Made by a program: the position numbers and the translations under genes. A stretch of 64,000 nt of DNA. Source: Vicinamibacteria bacterium. Lineage in GTDB: Bacteria; Acidobacteriota; Vicinamibacteria; Marinacidobacterales; Marinacidobacteraceae. Where the stretch lies: positions 320,001-384,000 of the forward strand of contig OZ219816.1 in NCBI GenBank assembly GCA_964291235.2, in the 5' to 3' direction. Shown here in pieces: positions 51,264 to 61,737 of this stretch; position 1 is the stretch's first letter; every line of letters begins with the position of its first letter. The notes under the pieces were generated by a model that was not told the DNA's origin, made no database searches, and was given only the letters and a program-made list of their open reading frames with translations.

Positions 51264-52194
51264 ATGCCCGACAGTCGCGCCCCCACCGGCGCCAGCGCAG
51301 ACAACCGCCCCGGTCCCCAAGTCCCCCAGGGCCTCTTTGTCCGCTGCGAAGGGTGCTCGGAAATCGTTTACGGCCGGGCCCTTCGGGAGAACCTCGAGGT
51401 CTGCCCGCGCTGTGATTTCCACATGCGCCTCGGGGCGCGCGAGCGCCTCGAGATGCTGGTGGACGACGGGGGTCTATCGGGAGATCTCCGGGGGTATCCG
51501 TTCCAACGATCCGCTCCGCTTCCGGGACCGGGTGGACTACCGCGACCGGCTCCGCAAGGGCGCCGAAAAGACGGGTCTCGACGACGCCGTCATCGTGGCG
51601 CGCGCCGAGATCGGGCGGACACCCGTTGTCCTCGCCGTCATGGAGTACGCGTTCATCGGCGGCAGCATGGGCGTCGTGGTGGGCGAGCAGATCACGCGCG
51701 CGGTGGAAACCGCCCACGACGCCCGCATTCCGCTGATCGTGGTTTCCTGTTCGGGCGGCGCCCGGATGCAGGAAGGCGCGCTCTCGCTGATGCAGATGGC
51801 CAAGATCGCGTCGGCCCTCGCGCTCCTCGACGACGCCGGTCTGCCCTACATCTCGCTCCTCACCCACCCCACGACCGGCGGCGTCACGGCCAGCTACGCG
51901 ATGCTCGGCGATATGAACATCGCGGAGCCCGGAGCCCTGATCGGCTTCGCCGGCCCCCGGGTGATCCAGCAGACGATCCGCGGCGAACTGCCGCCGGGCT
52001 TTCAGCGTTCGGAGTTTCTGCTCCGGCACGGGATGCTCGACCGGGTGGTCCACCGCCGTGAGCTTCGCGCCGTGCTGGGCGGATTCCTGCGATTCATGTA
52101 CGAACCCGCCGAAGCCACCGCTTCCGCGGAAAAGGACGCCGCCGCCACCGCGCAGACCGCACCCGAGCCGGTGCGGGTCCGCGCCGCCCGCTAG
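51264..52194 (+). CDS. accD: Acetyl-CoA carboxylase carboxyltransferase beta subunit (extra G near 51470)
   Basis: CEGC..CPRC zinc finger, FIGGSMG, SGGARMQEG, PTTGGVTAS, GFQRSEFL; upstream of folC. Confidence 0.93.
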
Positions 52195-52220
52195 AGCCGG
52201 CGGCACTCCCGCTCGCTTCC

Positions 52221-53627
52221 ATGAATTACGAGGAGGCGCTCGCGTTCCTGCGGGATCGGGAACAGTTCCACGTCAAGGTGGGAACCCGGAACATCCGGCT
52301 CCTCGCCAAGGAGCTCGGCCACCCGGAACGGCGTTTCCCGTCGGTGGTGGTCGCGGGGACGAACGGAAAGGGTTCCACGGTCGCCATTCTGGACTCGATT
52401 CTCCGGGCCCACGGACTGCGGGTCGGGCGCTTCACCTCCCCGCATCTCGTCTCCATCAACGAACGCATCCTGGTGAACGGGCGTCAACTTCCCGAGGAGG
52501 AGTTCGCCGATCTGGTGGAAGCGATCGCTTCCGCGGCGCGCGGGCTCCTGCCCGACCAACAGCCGTCCTTTTTCGAGACGATCACCGGCGCCGCCTTCCT
52601 GGCGTTCGCGCGGCACGGGCTCGATGCGGCGGTCTTCGAGGTCGGCATGGGAGGACGCTGGGACGCCACCACCGCAACCGACGCGCCGCTCGGGCTGGTG
52701 ACGCGCATCGCGCTGGATCACGAGCGCTATCTCGGCCGCACCGTGGCGGAAATCGCCGGCGAGAAGGGGGCGGTCGCCCGGCCCGGCGGCGAGTTGCTGA
52801 TCGCCCGACAGGACCCGGAGGCCGGCGCGGTGCTCCGGGAAAGCGCGCGAACCAGGGGCGCCCGCTGCCGGGACGTGGCCGCCGAAACCGAGACCGACCT
52901 CACGATCGTCCGCAGTGGAGCGACGGGCCGACTCGTCACTCCCGAGGCGACCTACGACGACCTCTGGCTCCCCCTGCCCGGGCGGCACCAACTGGACAAT
53001 CTGGCGCTCGCGGTCCGAGGCGCGGAGCGCTTCCTTGCCCGCGAGAACCTCGGGACGCTCGACCCCGAGCGGGTCCGGCAGGGCGTTGCGGCGGTTCGCT
53101 GGCCGGGGCGCCTCGAGTGGCTGCCGCCGGAGGATGCCCGGCCGCGGGTGCTGCTCGACGCCGCCCACAATCCGAGCGGGGCCGAGCGGCTCGCGGAATT
53201 CCTCGAGTCCCTGGGATCGAACGGGCGACGGGTGCTGGTCTTCGGAACCAGCCGCGACAAGCGGGTGGGGGCGATGCTGGCGTCCCTGGCGCCGCACTTC
53301 GGCCGGGTCGTGCTGACCGCGGCGGCGACCCGCCGGGCGCTCCCGCTCGAAGAACTGAGCGCCGCCGCGGAACCCATTCTCGCTGGCAACGGCGCTCCGG
53401 CGGAAACCGTGGAGAACGTCCCGGCCGCGCTGGAAAGGGCGTTCCACCTGGCCGGCGGGAACGGTGAGGTGGTGGTCGCGGGCTCCATCTTTCTCCTCGG
53501 AGATGCACTCCGGGTGCTGCGCTCCGAGCGCGGCGACGGCCTGGGGGACGGCGTGATCGAGATGCCGGCCCTCCCGAGCGAACCGATCGGCCAAACGGCA
53601 AACGAACGGCGGACCTCCGCCGCCTGA
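52221..53627 (+). CDS. folC: Folylpolyglutamate synthase/dihydrofolate synthase
   Basis: VAGTNGKGST, TSPHL, EVGMGGRWDAT, WPGRLE, LDAAHNP. Confidence 0.95.
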   Translation: MNYEEALAFLRDREQFHVKVGTRNIRLLAKELGHPERRFPSVVVAGTNGKGSTVAILDSILRAHGLRVGRFTSPHLVSINERILVNGRQLPEEEFADLVEAIASAARGLLPDQQPSFFETITGAAFLAFARHGLDAAVFEVGMGGRWDATTATDAPLGLVTRIALDHERYLGRTVAEIAGEKGAVARPGGELLIARQDPEAGAVLRESARTRGARCRDVAAETETDLTIVRSGATGRLVTPEATYDDLWLPLPGRHQLDNLALAVRGAERFLARENLGTLDPERVRQGVAAVRWPGRLEWLPPEDARPRVLLDAAHNPSGAERLAEFLESLGSNGRRVLVFGTSRDKRVGAMLASLAPHFGRVVLTAAATRRALPLEELSAAAEPILAGNGAPAETVENVPAALERAFHLAGGNGEVVVAGSIFLLGDALRVLRSERGDGLGDGVIEMPALPSEPIGQTANERRTSAA

Positions 53628-53680
53628 GCGACACGACGGGCCCCCCAGGGGGTCGTCGGTAAACTCCCCGCCGCTTCCCC

Positions 53681-55447
53681 ATGCGTCTTTCCCATCACTT
53701 CGGCCTCACCCTGCGCGAGGCGCCCGCCGGCATCGAGGCCGAGAGCCACCGGATGCTGCTCCGCGCCGGATTCATCCGCCAGCTCGGGCAGGGGCTTTAC
53801 TCCTACCTGCCGCTCGCCCACCGGTCGATCACGCGCATCGAGAACATCCTGCGGGAGGAAATGAACCGCATCGGCGGACAGGAAATGACCATGCCGGTGG
53901 TCCATCCGGCCGAGATCTGGCGCCGGTCGGGCCGCTACGACGCCGTCGGTCCCGAGATGGCCCGGTTCAAGGACCGGAAGAACAGCGACCTCGTCCTCGC
54001 CATGACCCACGAAGAGGTCGTGGCCGACCTCTGCCGGACCGAAATCCGCTCCCACCGCCAGCTTCCCCAACTCGTGTACCACATCCAGACGAAGTTCCGG
54101 GACGATCCCCGCCCCCGCGCGGGCCTCATCCGGGTGCGCGAGTTCACGATGAAGGACTCCTACACGCTGGACCATGACGCCGAGGGCCTGGCGCGGCAGT
54201 ACCGCAACCACTACGAGGCCTACTTCCGCATCTTCTGGCGCTGCGGGCTACCCACCATCGCGGTTGGCTCCGACGTGGGAATGATGGGGGGCAGCCAGGC
54301 CCACGAGTTCATGTACCTCACCGGGGTGGGCGAGGACACCCTGGTGCTCTGCGACGCCTGCGGCTACGCCGCCAACCGCCAGATCGCGCGTTTCCGGAAG
54401 ACGCCGGCGGCGCCCGAGGCGCCGCTCCCGCGGGAACGGGTCGCGACGCCAGGAGCCCGGACGATCGACGAACTCGCAGCCTTCCTCCAGATTCCGGCTG
54501 CCCGCACCGCGAAGGCGGTCTTCCTGACCGCCGGACTCGACGGGGGCGCGCGGGAAGAGCTGGTGGTCGCGATCATCCGCGGCGATATGGATGTCAACGA
54601 GACGAAGCTCGCCAACGCGGTCGGAGCTTCGTGGCTCCGTCCTGCCGAGGACGAGGCGATCCGGAGCGCCGGCGCCACGCCGGGATACGCATCTCCGATC
54701 GGGCTCACCGCGGGGACGGTGGTCGTGGACGATTCGATCCCCGCCTCGCCGAACCTGGTCGCCGGGGCCAACGAGCAGGACGTGCACTTCCGGAACGTGA
54801 ACGCGGGACGCGACTACGAGCCGGAGCGAGTGACCGACATCGCGGTGGCGGAAGAAGGCCACGCCTGCGTCGAGTGCGGCGAGCCGCTGCGGACGTCCCG
54901 GGGGGTCGAGGTCGGGAACATCTTTCAACTCGGCACCCGTTACGGGGACGCGGCCGGCGCCCGCTTCCTCGATGACCAGGGCGTCGAACGTCCCCTCTGG
55001 ATGGGCTCCTACGGCATCGGCTCGGGGCGTCTGCTGGCGTGCGTGGCCGAAGAGCACCACGACGAGAACGGGCTCACGTGGCCGATGAGCGTTTCCCCGT
55101 ACGACGTACACCTGATTCCGCTCGTCGGGCGGGCCGCGGGTGACGAAGCGGGCCAGGAGGCCGAGCGCCTCCACGATCAGCTTGAGGAAGCTGGACTGGA
55201 CGTCCTGCTCGACGACCGGGACGAGCGCGCGGGGGTGAAGTTCGCGGACGCCGATCTGATCGGGATCCCGTTGCGGGTCGTGGTTTCGCGCCGCTCCCTG
55301 GCTCAGGGAGGAGTCGAGGTCCGAATCCGCGGGGAGGAAGCGTCTGAAATCGTGCCGGTGGAGCACCTTGCCGAGGCGCTGATGTCCCGGCGCGCGGCGC
55401 TCCTGAACGGCATCGAGGAAGCCATCCGGATCCCGGAATTCGGCTGA
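53681..55447 (+). CDS. proS: Proline--tRNA ligase (with editing domain)
   Basis: THEE, KFRDDPRPRAGLIRVREFTMKDSY, EVGNIFQLG, MGSYGIG. Confidence 0.97.
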   Translation: MRLSHHFGLTLREAPAGIEAESHRMLLRAGFIRQLGQGLYSYLPLAHRSITRIENILREEMNRIGGQEMTMPVVHPAEIWRRSGRYDAVGPEMARFKDRKNSDLVLAMTHEEVVADLCRTEIRSHRQLPQLVYHIQTKFRDDPRPRAGLIRVREFTMKDSYTLDHDAEGLARQYRNHYEAYFRIFWRCGLPTIAVGSDVGMMGGSQAHEFMYLTGVGEDTLVLCDACGYAANRQIARFRKTPAAPEAPLPRERVATPGARTIDELAAFLQIPAARTAKAVFLTAGLDGGAREELVVAIIRGDMDVNETKLANAVGASWLRPAEDEAIRSAGATPGYASPIGLTAGTVVVDDSIPASPNLVAGANEQDVHFRNVNAGRDYEPERVTDIAVAEEGHACVECGEPLRTSRGVEVGNIFQLGTRYGDAAGARFLDDQGVERPLWMGSYGIGSGRLLACVAEEHHDENGLTWPMSVSPYDVHLIPLVGRAAGDEAGQEAERLHDQLEEAGLDVLLDDRDERAGVKFADADLIGIPLRVVVSRRSLAQGGVEVRIRGEEASEIVPVEHLAEALMSRRAALLNGIEEAIRIPEFG

Positions 55448-55467
55448 CGGGCGGGAGCGGATAGCCC

Positions 55468-56883
55468 GTGTTCCAAACCGTCGCCATCCCGCTCCCCGTT
55501 CTCGTTTTGCTGGTGGCGGGGTGCGTTTACGGGTTGGTCATCCGTCCGCTATGGCGGCGCCGGAGCGAGCGCCGGGACACCCACGCGTTCCACGAAGCGC
55601 AGGGGCGGCTGGCCATCCAGCCTTCGGCATTCCAGCTTCTCAAGCCGACCAGCGCCGCGGACCTGCTGATGGTGGATCCCGGGGTGCAGGAGGCGATCCT
55701 GACGGAGGTGGAGGCGACCGGGCAGGACCAGTGCGACGTGCTGGTCACGGCCCGGGAATACGCCCGGGAAATCGTGCCCTCGCTGAGCGCCGGCCTCTAT
55801 TCGCGACTCATCCACGGTCGCTTGAAGCGACTCATGCTGCGCCTCTTCCGGGTCCGGGTGCGCTACGTGGACGAGGCGGCGATCGCGCGGGCCGCCAGGA
55901 CGTCCACGCCCGTCTTCGTCCTCAACCACCGCAGCAACCTCGACTACGTCATCGCCGCCACGTCCCTCGCCGACCGCGCCATCCTCTCGTTCGCGGTGGG
56001 CGAATGGGCGCGCTACTGGCCTCTCGAAGGGCTGCTCCGCGCCCTCGGTGGGTTCTTCGTGCGCCGAGGCTCGGGGGACCCGCTCTATCGGGCCGTGCTC
56101 GCGGCCCACATCAAGACCGCCACCAGCGCCGGGGTTCCGCAGGCGTTCTTCATCGAGGGCCGCTTCTCCGACGACGGCAGGCTGGGGAGACCTCGTCTCG
56201 GCCTCCTGGACTACGCGGTCCGGGCCTTCGATCCGGACACGCGGCGCGATGTGGCGTTCGTGCCGGTGGCGGTGAACTACGACCGGGTCATCGAGGACAA
56301 GAACCTCCAGATCATGAAGGCCAGCGGGAAGAGCGCCACCCGGACCGGATCCTGGCGCGCCACCGCCGGGTTCCTGGGCCACCAGTTCTGGCTTCGCTTG
56401 AATCGCCGCTGGAAGCCCTTCGGACACGCCACCCTCAGCGTCGGCCCTCCGGTATCGCTCCGGGATTGGCTTCTGACGCGGGACTTCGACCCCCGGAAGG
56501 CCGACCGGGAAGCGCGCTTTGCCGAGGTCCGCGTGCTGGCCGACGACCTCATGGGGCGCATCGCCGCGATCATGCCGGTGCTGCCGGTCCCGCTCATGGC
56601 GACCGTTATCCGGGACCGCGGCGACGAGGGAGTGACGAGGGCCGACGCCAAGGTGGCCGCCTTCGAGATCCTCGAAGCCCTGTCCGTCCGGTCCGGCGAG
56701 CCCGATATCCCGCGCGCAGACTGGGAGCCGGCGGTTGAACTCGGCGTCCAGCTCCTCGTCCAGCGGCAGATGGTGCGGGCCGACGGGGAACATCTCCGCA
56801 TCCTGGAGTCGCGCCGCCACTTCGTGGACTACTACGCGAACTCCATCGGCCACCTCCTGCCGGAGCGGTCCCCCGCACCGTAG
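55468..56883 (+). CDS. Glycerol-3-phosphate acyltransferase (PlsB-like)
   Basis: NHRSNLDY (HX4D), GGFFVRR, FIEG, VPVAVNYDRVIED. Confidence 0.85.
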   Translation: MFQTVAIPLPVLVLLVAGCVYGLVIRPLWRRRSERRDTHAFHEAQGRLAIQPSAFQLLKPTSAADLLMVDPGVQEAILTEVEATGQDQCDVLVTAREYAREIVPSLSAGLYSRLIHGRLKRLMLRLFRVRVRYVDEAAIARAARTSTPVFVLNHRSNLDYVIAATSLADRAILSFAVGEWARYWPLEGLLRALGGFFVRRGSGDPLYRAVLAAHIKTATSAGVPQAFFIEGRFSDDGRLGRPRLGLLDYAVRAFDPDTRRDVAFVPVAVNYDRVIEDKNLQIMKASGKSATRTGSWRATAGFLGHQFWLRLNRRWKPFGHATLSVGPPVSLRDWLLTRDFDPRKADREARFAEVRVLADDLMGRIAAIMPVLPVPLMATVIRDRGDEGVTRADAKVAAFEILEALSVRSGEPDIPRADWEPAVELGVQLLVQRQMVRADGEHLRILESRRHFVDYYANSIGHLLPERSPAP

Positions 56884-56900
56884 GAAGGCGCGCGGGCAAC

Positions 56901-56924
56901 GGACCGCCGACCTCCGGTCGGCCC
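56901..56924 (+). repeat. Solo REP-like hairpin at the left edge of the island
   Basis: GGACCGCCGACCTCCGGTCGGCCC. Confidence 0.6.
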
Positions 56925-57506
56925 GCCCGGATCGGCATAGACGAAGGTGGTCGTGGTGCCGCTACCCGCGATGGAGAGCTTGAGGGGGAAGTAGCGTTGG
57001 GTCGGCCGGTCTGCGAAGGGACGTCGATGGAGGAGGTGGGGAAGGGCGCCCAGCGGGATTCCGAGGCGTTAGCAGTAGGCCAGCTTCCCGGGTTCGGTGG
57101 CCAGCCAGTCAAGATCCGGACGCTCGAGGAGGTAGTCGAGGGAGAGCAGCCGGCGCGTGGTGAGTTCCGGGGAGGCGCTCCGGCGATGGCGGTCGTCCTC
57201 GATCCCGAGGGCGCGGTAAAGCGATCGGCCATAGACCTGGCAAATGCTGGTGGGCCGGTAGCCGCGGCGGTCGAGGCGTCCCGCTTCGCGGGCGACGCCA
57301 GCGTCCATGAGGGCACGCACGAAACGGGTGGCCGGCCCGGCGGTCACGTTGAAGCGCGCCTGGTATTGGCTCCGCGTGAAGACGCCGGAGTGAAGGCAGA
57401 CGAGAGTGAGCCAGTCTGCCTGGCGGTCGGTCCAGCCGAGGCGGCGAAGGGTCGCGGCGCATTCCCCGAAGGTAAGAGGTACGGCGGGGGTGGTCGCGAC
57501 CGTCAT
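56925..57506 (-). pseudogene. Truncated gene of a family I associate with Acidobacteria integrative elements
   Basis: LGWTDRQADWLTLVCLHSGVFTRSQY...LYRALG..RHRR..RRLLSLDY..WLATE..K; in-frame TAA at 57069-57071, then RYFPLKL..TFVYADPG cut at the REP. Family assignment is from recall. Confidence 0.5.
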
Positions 57507-57790
57507 GGTGCGGGAAGGGCCGTGAGAAGCGGGCGGAAACGGTCGGTGAAGACCACGACCGGGGCGTGCCCACTGTCCGAATCCCCGAATGTTGACGCGT
57601 TTCCCGTGACGGGCGTTAGCGGGCCATCGAGGGACCGTCTGGGGATGCACCCTGGGTCGGCCGTCTCCCCCTGCGGCTCGCGTGTTCAGTGGCGATCGGC
57701 GAAACGTCCGACGCTCTGTTGAAGCTGCGGAGAAATTCGTCCAGGCCCGCCGTGCATCCTGTAGGATGCTGCGCGACAGAGCGTGGAACT

Positions 57791-58327
57791 ATGGCCGCCT
57801 ATTACGACGATCCTGACGAGCTACGCGAAGTCAACTCCTATATCGACGAACTGCGTGCACAGGACGACAGGTCCTGCGTCATCATGATCGCCGCACGCAT
57901 CGAGTCTCTCCTCGAACGCGCGATCGACCACAGGCTGATCGAACCCCGCGGTAAGCGTCGTCAGGGCTTGGTGCTGAATTTCGCCAACGCAATCGACGTG
58001 AGCTATCGGCTGGGCATACTGCATCACAGTCACGCCGATGCCCTTCACGCGCTCCGCCGCATTCGAAACAGGGCGGCGCACTTCGATCAGCCCATGTCGT
58101 TGGAGAATCATCGGCAGGATGTCGAGGATTTCTGCCGCCCTTGGACCGAAGTGCGCGGAGATACCCTGTTCCGTTCACTTCGCGAGCAGGAACTGAGCCG
58201 CTCCCCCACCCATGCCCGAGGTCTGTTCCTCGTCGGCGCGTTCACATTCTTCGTTTTCTTCACGCCCTTACCCACCGTCGTGCCGCAACTCGACCCGTTG
58301 CCTTGGCTCGGCGGCTTGGACGCCTGA
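57791..58327 (+). CDS. MtlR-like / HEPN-superfamily protein
   Basis: DDRSCVIMIAARIESLLERAI...YRLGIL..ALHALRRIRNRAAH (Rx4H motif). Confidence 0.65.
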   Translation: MAAYYDDPDELREVNSYIDELRAQDDRSCVIMIAARIESLLERAIDHRLIEPRGKRRQGLVLNFANAIDVSYRLGILHHSHADALHALRRIRNRAAHFDQPMSLENHRQDVEDFCRPWTEVRGDTLFRSLREQELSRSPTHARGLFLVGAFTFFVFFTPLPTVVPQLDPLPWLGGLDA

Positions 58328-58389
58328 GCGCGCGCCTCGGCGGTCAACCCACGTTCCGGGCGCCGACGGCGGGGATCCCTGCGGGAGCC

Positions 58390-58518
58390 AAGGCGGTTGC
58401 TGAGATACGGTGACGGGCGGAAACGCGTCACCCGTCCTCGGGGAATGCTCACCGGGTCGCCCGTGCGCCGGTTCCGCGCCACTCCCGTCTTGCTGGGGGC
58501 GGCATGGAAAACGCTAGG
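58390..58518 (-). pseudogene. Fragment resembling the C-terminal arm of HU/IHF
   Basis: ARNRRTGDPVSIPRGRVTRFRPS..L matches GRNPxTGxxxxIPxxxVxxFxPxxxL; N-terminal half missing. Confidence 0.5.
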
Positions 58519-59577
58519 AGCAGCGGTCACGCGCGTCATTCACGCGCCTACCAAACCGTTGGCGACTGCCCTCCGACTCCGTGAGTAATTTGCCCTCGCC
58601 GGGGTCACCCTCGGGGCCACCTTTGCAGTAGCGGAAGTCAACACCTTCTTCCGCTTGTACTTCCGCTACCCCGCTCTCGCCACCGTGCGTCTCGAAACCC
58701 GTTGGCATTGCGGCGTTTCGGTCGTATCCGCCCGAATCGGGGGCTCCGTTCTGGGCGGAGGGTGGGGTTGGGGGCGCCCCCCTCCGATCTACGGATCTAC
58801 AGCCTCGCAAGCCGGACTTATGCAAGCCCTTCTGCTACCTGTCCGGGGGTCGCCCCCAGCCCGCGCCCGCGGCGCGATTCATCCCTGCGGGAAAGCTACG
58901 AACCCGCCTGGGCAGCGGGAGGCGGCGGCGGTCCTCGATGCGGACCAAGGGCATCGAGCCACCGCGCACCGAGGCCGCTCACGACCTCGTTGGCCCGCTC
59001 CCCGACGCCGGAGAGTTGGAGGGCCTCCGCCTCGCCGAAGGTGACATCAACCCGGATCAGCGAAAACACATCGCAGGTACCCCGCCCCGCTCTCCAGACG
59101 TGTGAATTCGAAGTAATGCTCGAATCCAAAACGTGCCATACCTTGTGGATGACGGTTCCGCCGCTCAAGCGCTGCGCGCTCGACCTGAAAGGAAGACGCT
59201 ACGCACCGTAGGTGAGCTTCCGCGCCCCAGCCTATTCGAGGTCCATGTAGATCCCAAGAGTCCGTCCTCTCTCGCGAGGCAACGGGCCGTTGATTCGGAA
59301 CGCCCTCAGGTCCTCGTTCCACCCCGTTTCGATAACCGCGATCAGGGCGCCCCGCTCGACGATACGGTCAACCCGTTGGTCGCTCGATCTACTTGTCTGC
59401 GACCGCAGCCGCGTCCAGCAGGCGCTGGACCACGTCACTACGGGGCTTGTGATCCGAGCGCCAGCTCGCACACCTTCCGCGGCGGACCTGACCGCTCCGA
59501 CCACGGGAGCCCCGGAGGGGCTGCGATAATCCTTCTTGTCAAAAGCCCGTCGGGTGCGGAAGGGGTAGCGTACAGGA

Positions 59578-59967
59578 ATGAGCAGGGGCCGGTGGCCCGA
59601 CGCGGAGGCGTGGGTCTGCGGATGCGCGGCGCGGATGTGGAATACACCAGCGCCGGGCGACTTGGGGGTGCAGTGCGCGACGTGCGGCGATCGGATTCCT
59701 TGGGAATGGTTCGAGGAGAACCGCGTAGAGGGCAACAGGATCATCGCCGCGCAACGGGAGCATGACGCAGCGGGCTTTCGGTCGTTCTTGGTCGGAGTGG
59801 TGCTGTCGGTGAGGGAGTGGAGAGAGGCGGAAACCGAGGGGCGATCCCCGAGGCGACGGCAACCGAGTGAGGAGGAATGGCGGCAGGCAGAGTGCTTCGC
59901 GGACGAGGTTTTCGGCGCTGGGTTCGGCACTGGGGTGTTCACCCGACAGGATCCGGGAAGGCAGTAG
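59578..59967 (+). CDS. Hypothetical protein with possible zinc ribbon
   Basis: ATG after AGGA; CGC...CATC. Confidence 0.4.
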   Translation: MSRGRWPDAEAWVCGCAARMWNTPAPGDLGVQCATCGDRIPWEWFEENRVEGNRIIAAQREHDAAGFRSFLVGVVLSVREWREAETEGRSPRRRQPSEEEWRQAECFADEVFGAGFGTGVFTRQDPGRQ

Positions 59968-60153
59968 ACCGCCCGGATCCGTCCCGGCGGTGTTATCGGA
60001 ACCGGCGTCCGGATACCGTCGATTTTGAGACTGCCACGGGTCAAGAGTTTCGGATGCTGCGAGTCACCGATTTGTGCTGGTTTCTCGTGCACGCGCCCCG
60101 TCTGCCCCAAACCAAAGGAAATTACATACTGAACTAGACAGAGTGAATACGAT

Positions 60154-60417
60154 ATGGCGATGACCATTCAGAACAGGACGGTTTTCCAGCCTCAAGACAT
60201 CGTTTCCATCCGCCTGGCCTGCGTCAAATGCAACTGCGATCTACAGTGGCACAAGGACAACGACCCGATCAATTTCCCCAGACAGTGCCCCATCTGCGCC
60301 CACTCCTGGACCTCAATGAGTGAGGACTACTGGACATGGGTCCGGAGGCTCATGAAGGTAGTCAATGAGCCAGAAGGGGCGCAGTGCTTTGTCCAGCTTG
60401 AGCTGGATAGAGAGTAG
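60154..60417 (+). CDS. Small zinc-ribbon hypothetical protein (phage/IME-like)
   Basis: IRLACVKC...CPIC. Confidence 0.6.
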   Translation: MAMTIQNRTVFQPQDIVSIRLACVKCNCDLQWHKDNDPINFPRQCPICAHSWTSMSEDYWTWVRRLMKVVNEPEGAQCFVQLELDRE

Positions 60418-60554
60418 AGAGACATACAGAACTATCCATGGCCATGTCCTCCTCAAAGTGGGTGGCTGTGGAGGTGGGGTCAGGTGGCAGCCTGGCCTCC
60501 CCGCAAAATGGAGGCTGATCCTAGCGATAGGAGTCTAGGCTTGACAAACCGATA

Positions 60555-61073
60555 TTGGTTGTCAAAATTGCCCATCTTGTGGATTCGGGAAATCCTGGGG
60601 CAGACCTAGCATCCTGGGTGCCGCTTGTCGGCCCTGCTGCCATTCTTATCGTTGGAGTCGGAGCATGGTTCGTCCAAGTCTGCATTTCCAAGAAGCGAGC
60701 AACAATCGATTTCATCTCGCATGTTGAAATAGGAAACCCTGAGTGGCAAAAGGCAACCCACAGATTTAGCCAGCTGACACGCAACGGCGGACTTACGTCG
60801 CTGGCTTCTGGGGACCTGGACGCAGATAAGCTAGAGGACCGTCGCCTAGTCGCCTACCTTCTGGATCATTGTCAAGTGGTTGCCGTAGCCATCCGGGAAG
60901 GCGTGTTCAATGAAAAAATCTACAGGTCTTGGAACTACTCTCGATACATCAAATATTGGGACAAAGCACAGGGCTACATAGGCGATTACCGCACCAAGAA
61001 TCAGCAACCCAAGGCATACGCCGAGTTCGAGCAGCGGGCGAACAAATGGAGCAAGGTGTCGAGAACCAATTAG
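60555..61073 (+). CDS. DUF4760-like protein (N-terminal TM)
   Basis: TM, KRATIDFI, LLDHCQVVAVAIREGVFNEKIY, AYAEFE..ANKW; start uncertain. Confidence 0.65.
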   Translation: MVVKIAHLVDSGNPGADLASWVPLVGPAAILIVGVGAWFVQVCISKKRATIDFISHVEIGNPEWQKATHRFSQLTRNGGLTSLASGDLDADKLEDRRLVAYLLDHCQVVAVAIREGVFNEKIYRSWNYSRYIKYWDKAQGYIGDYRTKNQQPKAYAEFEQRANKWSKVSRTN

Positions 61074-61133
61074 ATGGGCGGCGCGACATCTTGCTGTTAA
61101 TCTGCTAATGCATGGCTGGAGACTAAAAGGCTT

Positions 61134-61427
61134 ATGAACAAAAGAGACATCGACTTTGACCCCGTGAGCCTCATCACGCTCTCAGATGCGGGGGGCGTAT
61201 TTGAATTGCTAGATAGCAAAGATGCGACCATTCTTATCGGAAGTTCTCCTGACGTACGCTTGTCTCTTCTTCGGATCTACGGAGATGAGAGCGGTCAATA
61301 CAAGCATATTTGGGCTCACAATCCAACAAAAGTCACCACCTACACACCCTTCTACAAAGACGACAGGGTTGCTCTTGCTAATGCTCTCAGACGCGCCAAG
61401 AGTCCTCTCGTTCCTAATTACACCTGA
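61134..61427 (+). CDS. Hypothetical protein (97 aa, low GC)
   Basis: ATG ORF with upstream GGAG/AAGG in the AT-richer island. Confidence 0.5.
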   Translation: MNKRDIDFDPVSLITLSDAGGVFELLDSKDATILIGSSPDVRLSLLRIYGDESGQYKHIWAHNPTKVTTYTPFYKDDRVALANALRRAKSPLVPNYT

Positions 61428-61737
61428 GAAAACACATAGGAGACAGGCATTGGGAAAATGTTATGGAGGATATGTTGCCTAGAGTCTTTAGGGCAATAAT
61501 GAGGCAACCCTCTTTTCAACAAGACCTCATCAGGGGAGCGTCCGAAGCTAATCTCCCATCACCGGACCCGCTCTTGCAACTCATAAATGAGTCCGAGGAG
61601 CCCAAATTCATGACCAGTTGAACGGGGACCGTCCGCTAGGCTAATTTCGTATGTAATTCCCGCCAGATGGAGCCCCATGTCGGCCTCATGCCGTAACATG
61701 TGTGTGGGGCCGTAGCTCAATGGAGAGAGCAGGTTGC

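Noticed and set aside
51264-52194. accD pseudogene or programmed frameshift
   Set aside because: A single extra G in a homopolymer, among other similar indels, is better explained as a sequencing error.
58896-59530. Small ORFs 58896-59168 and neighbours
   Set aside because: They have no recognisable motifs and overlap alternative ORFs on both strands, so none can be supported.
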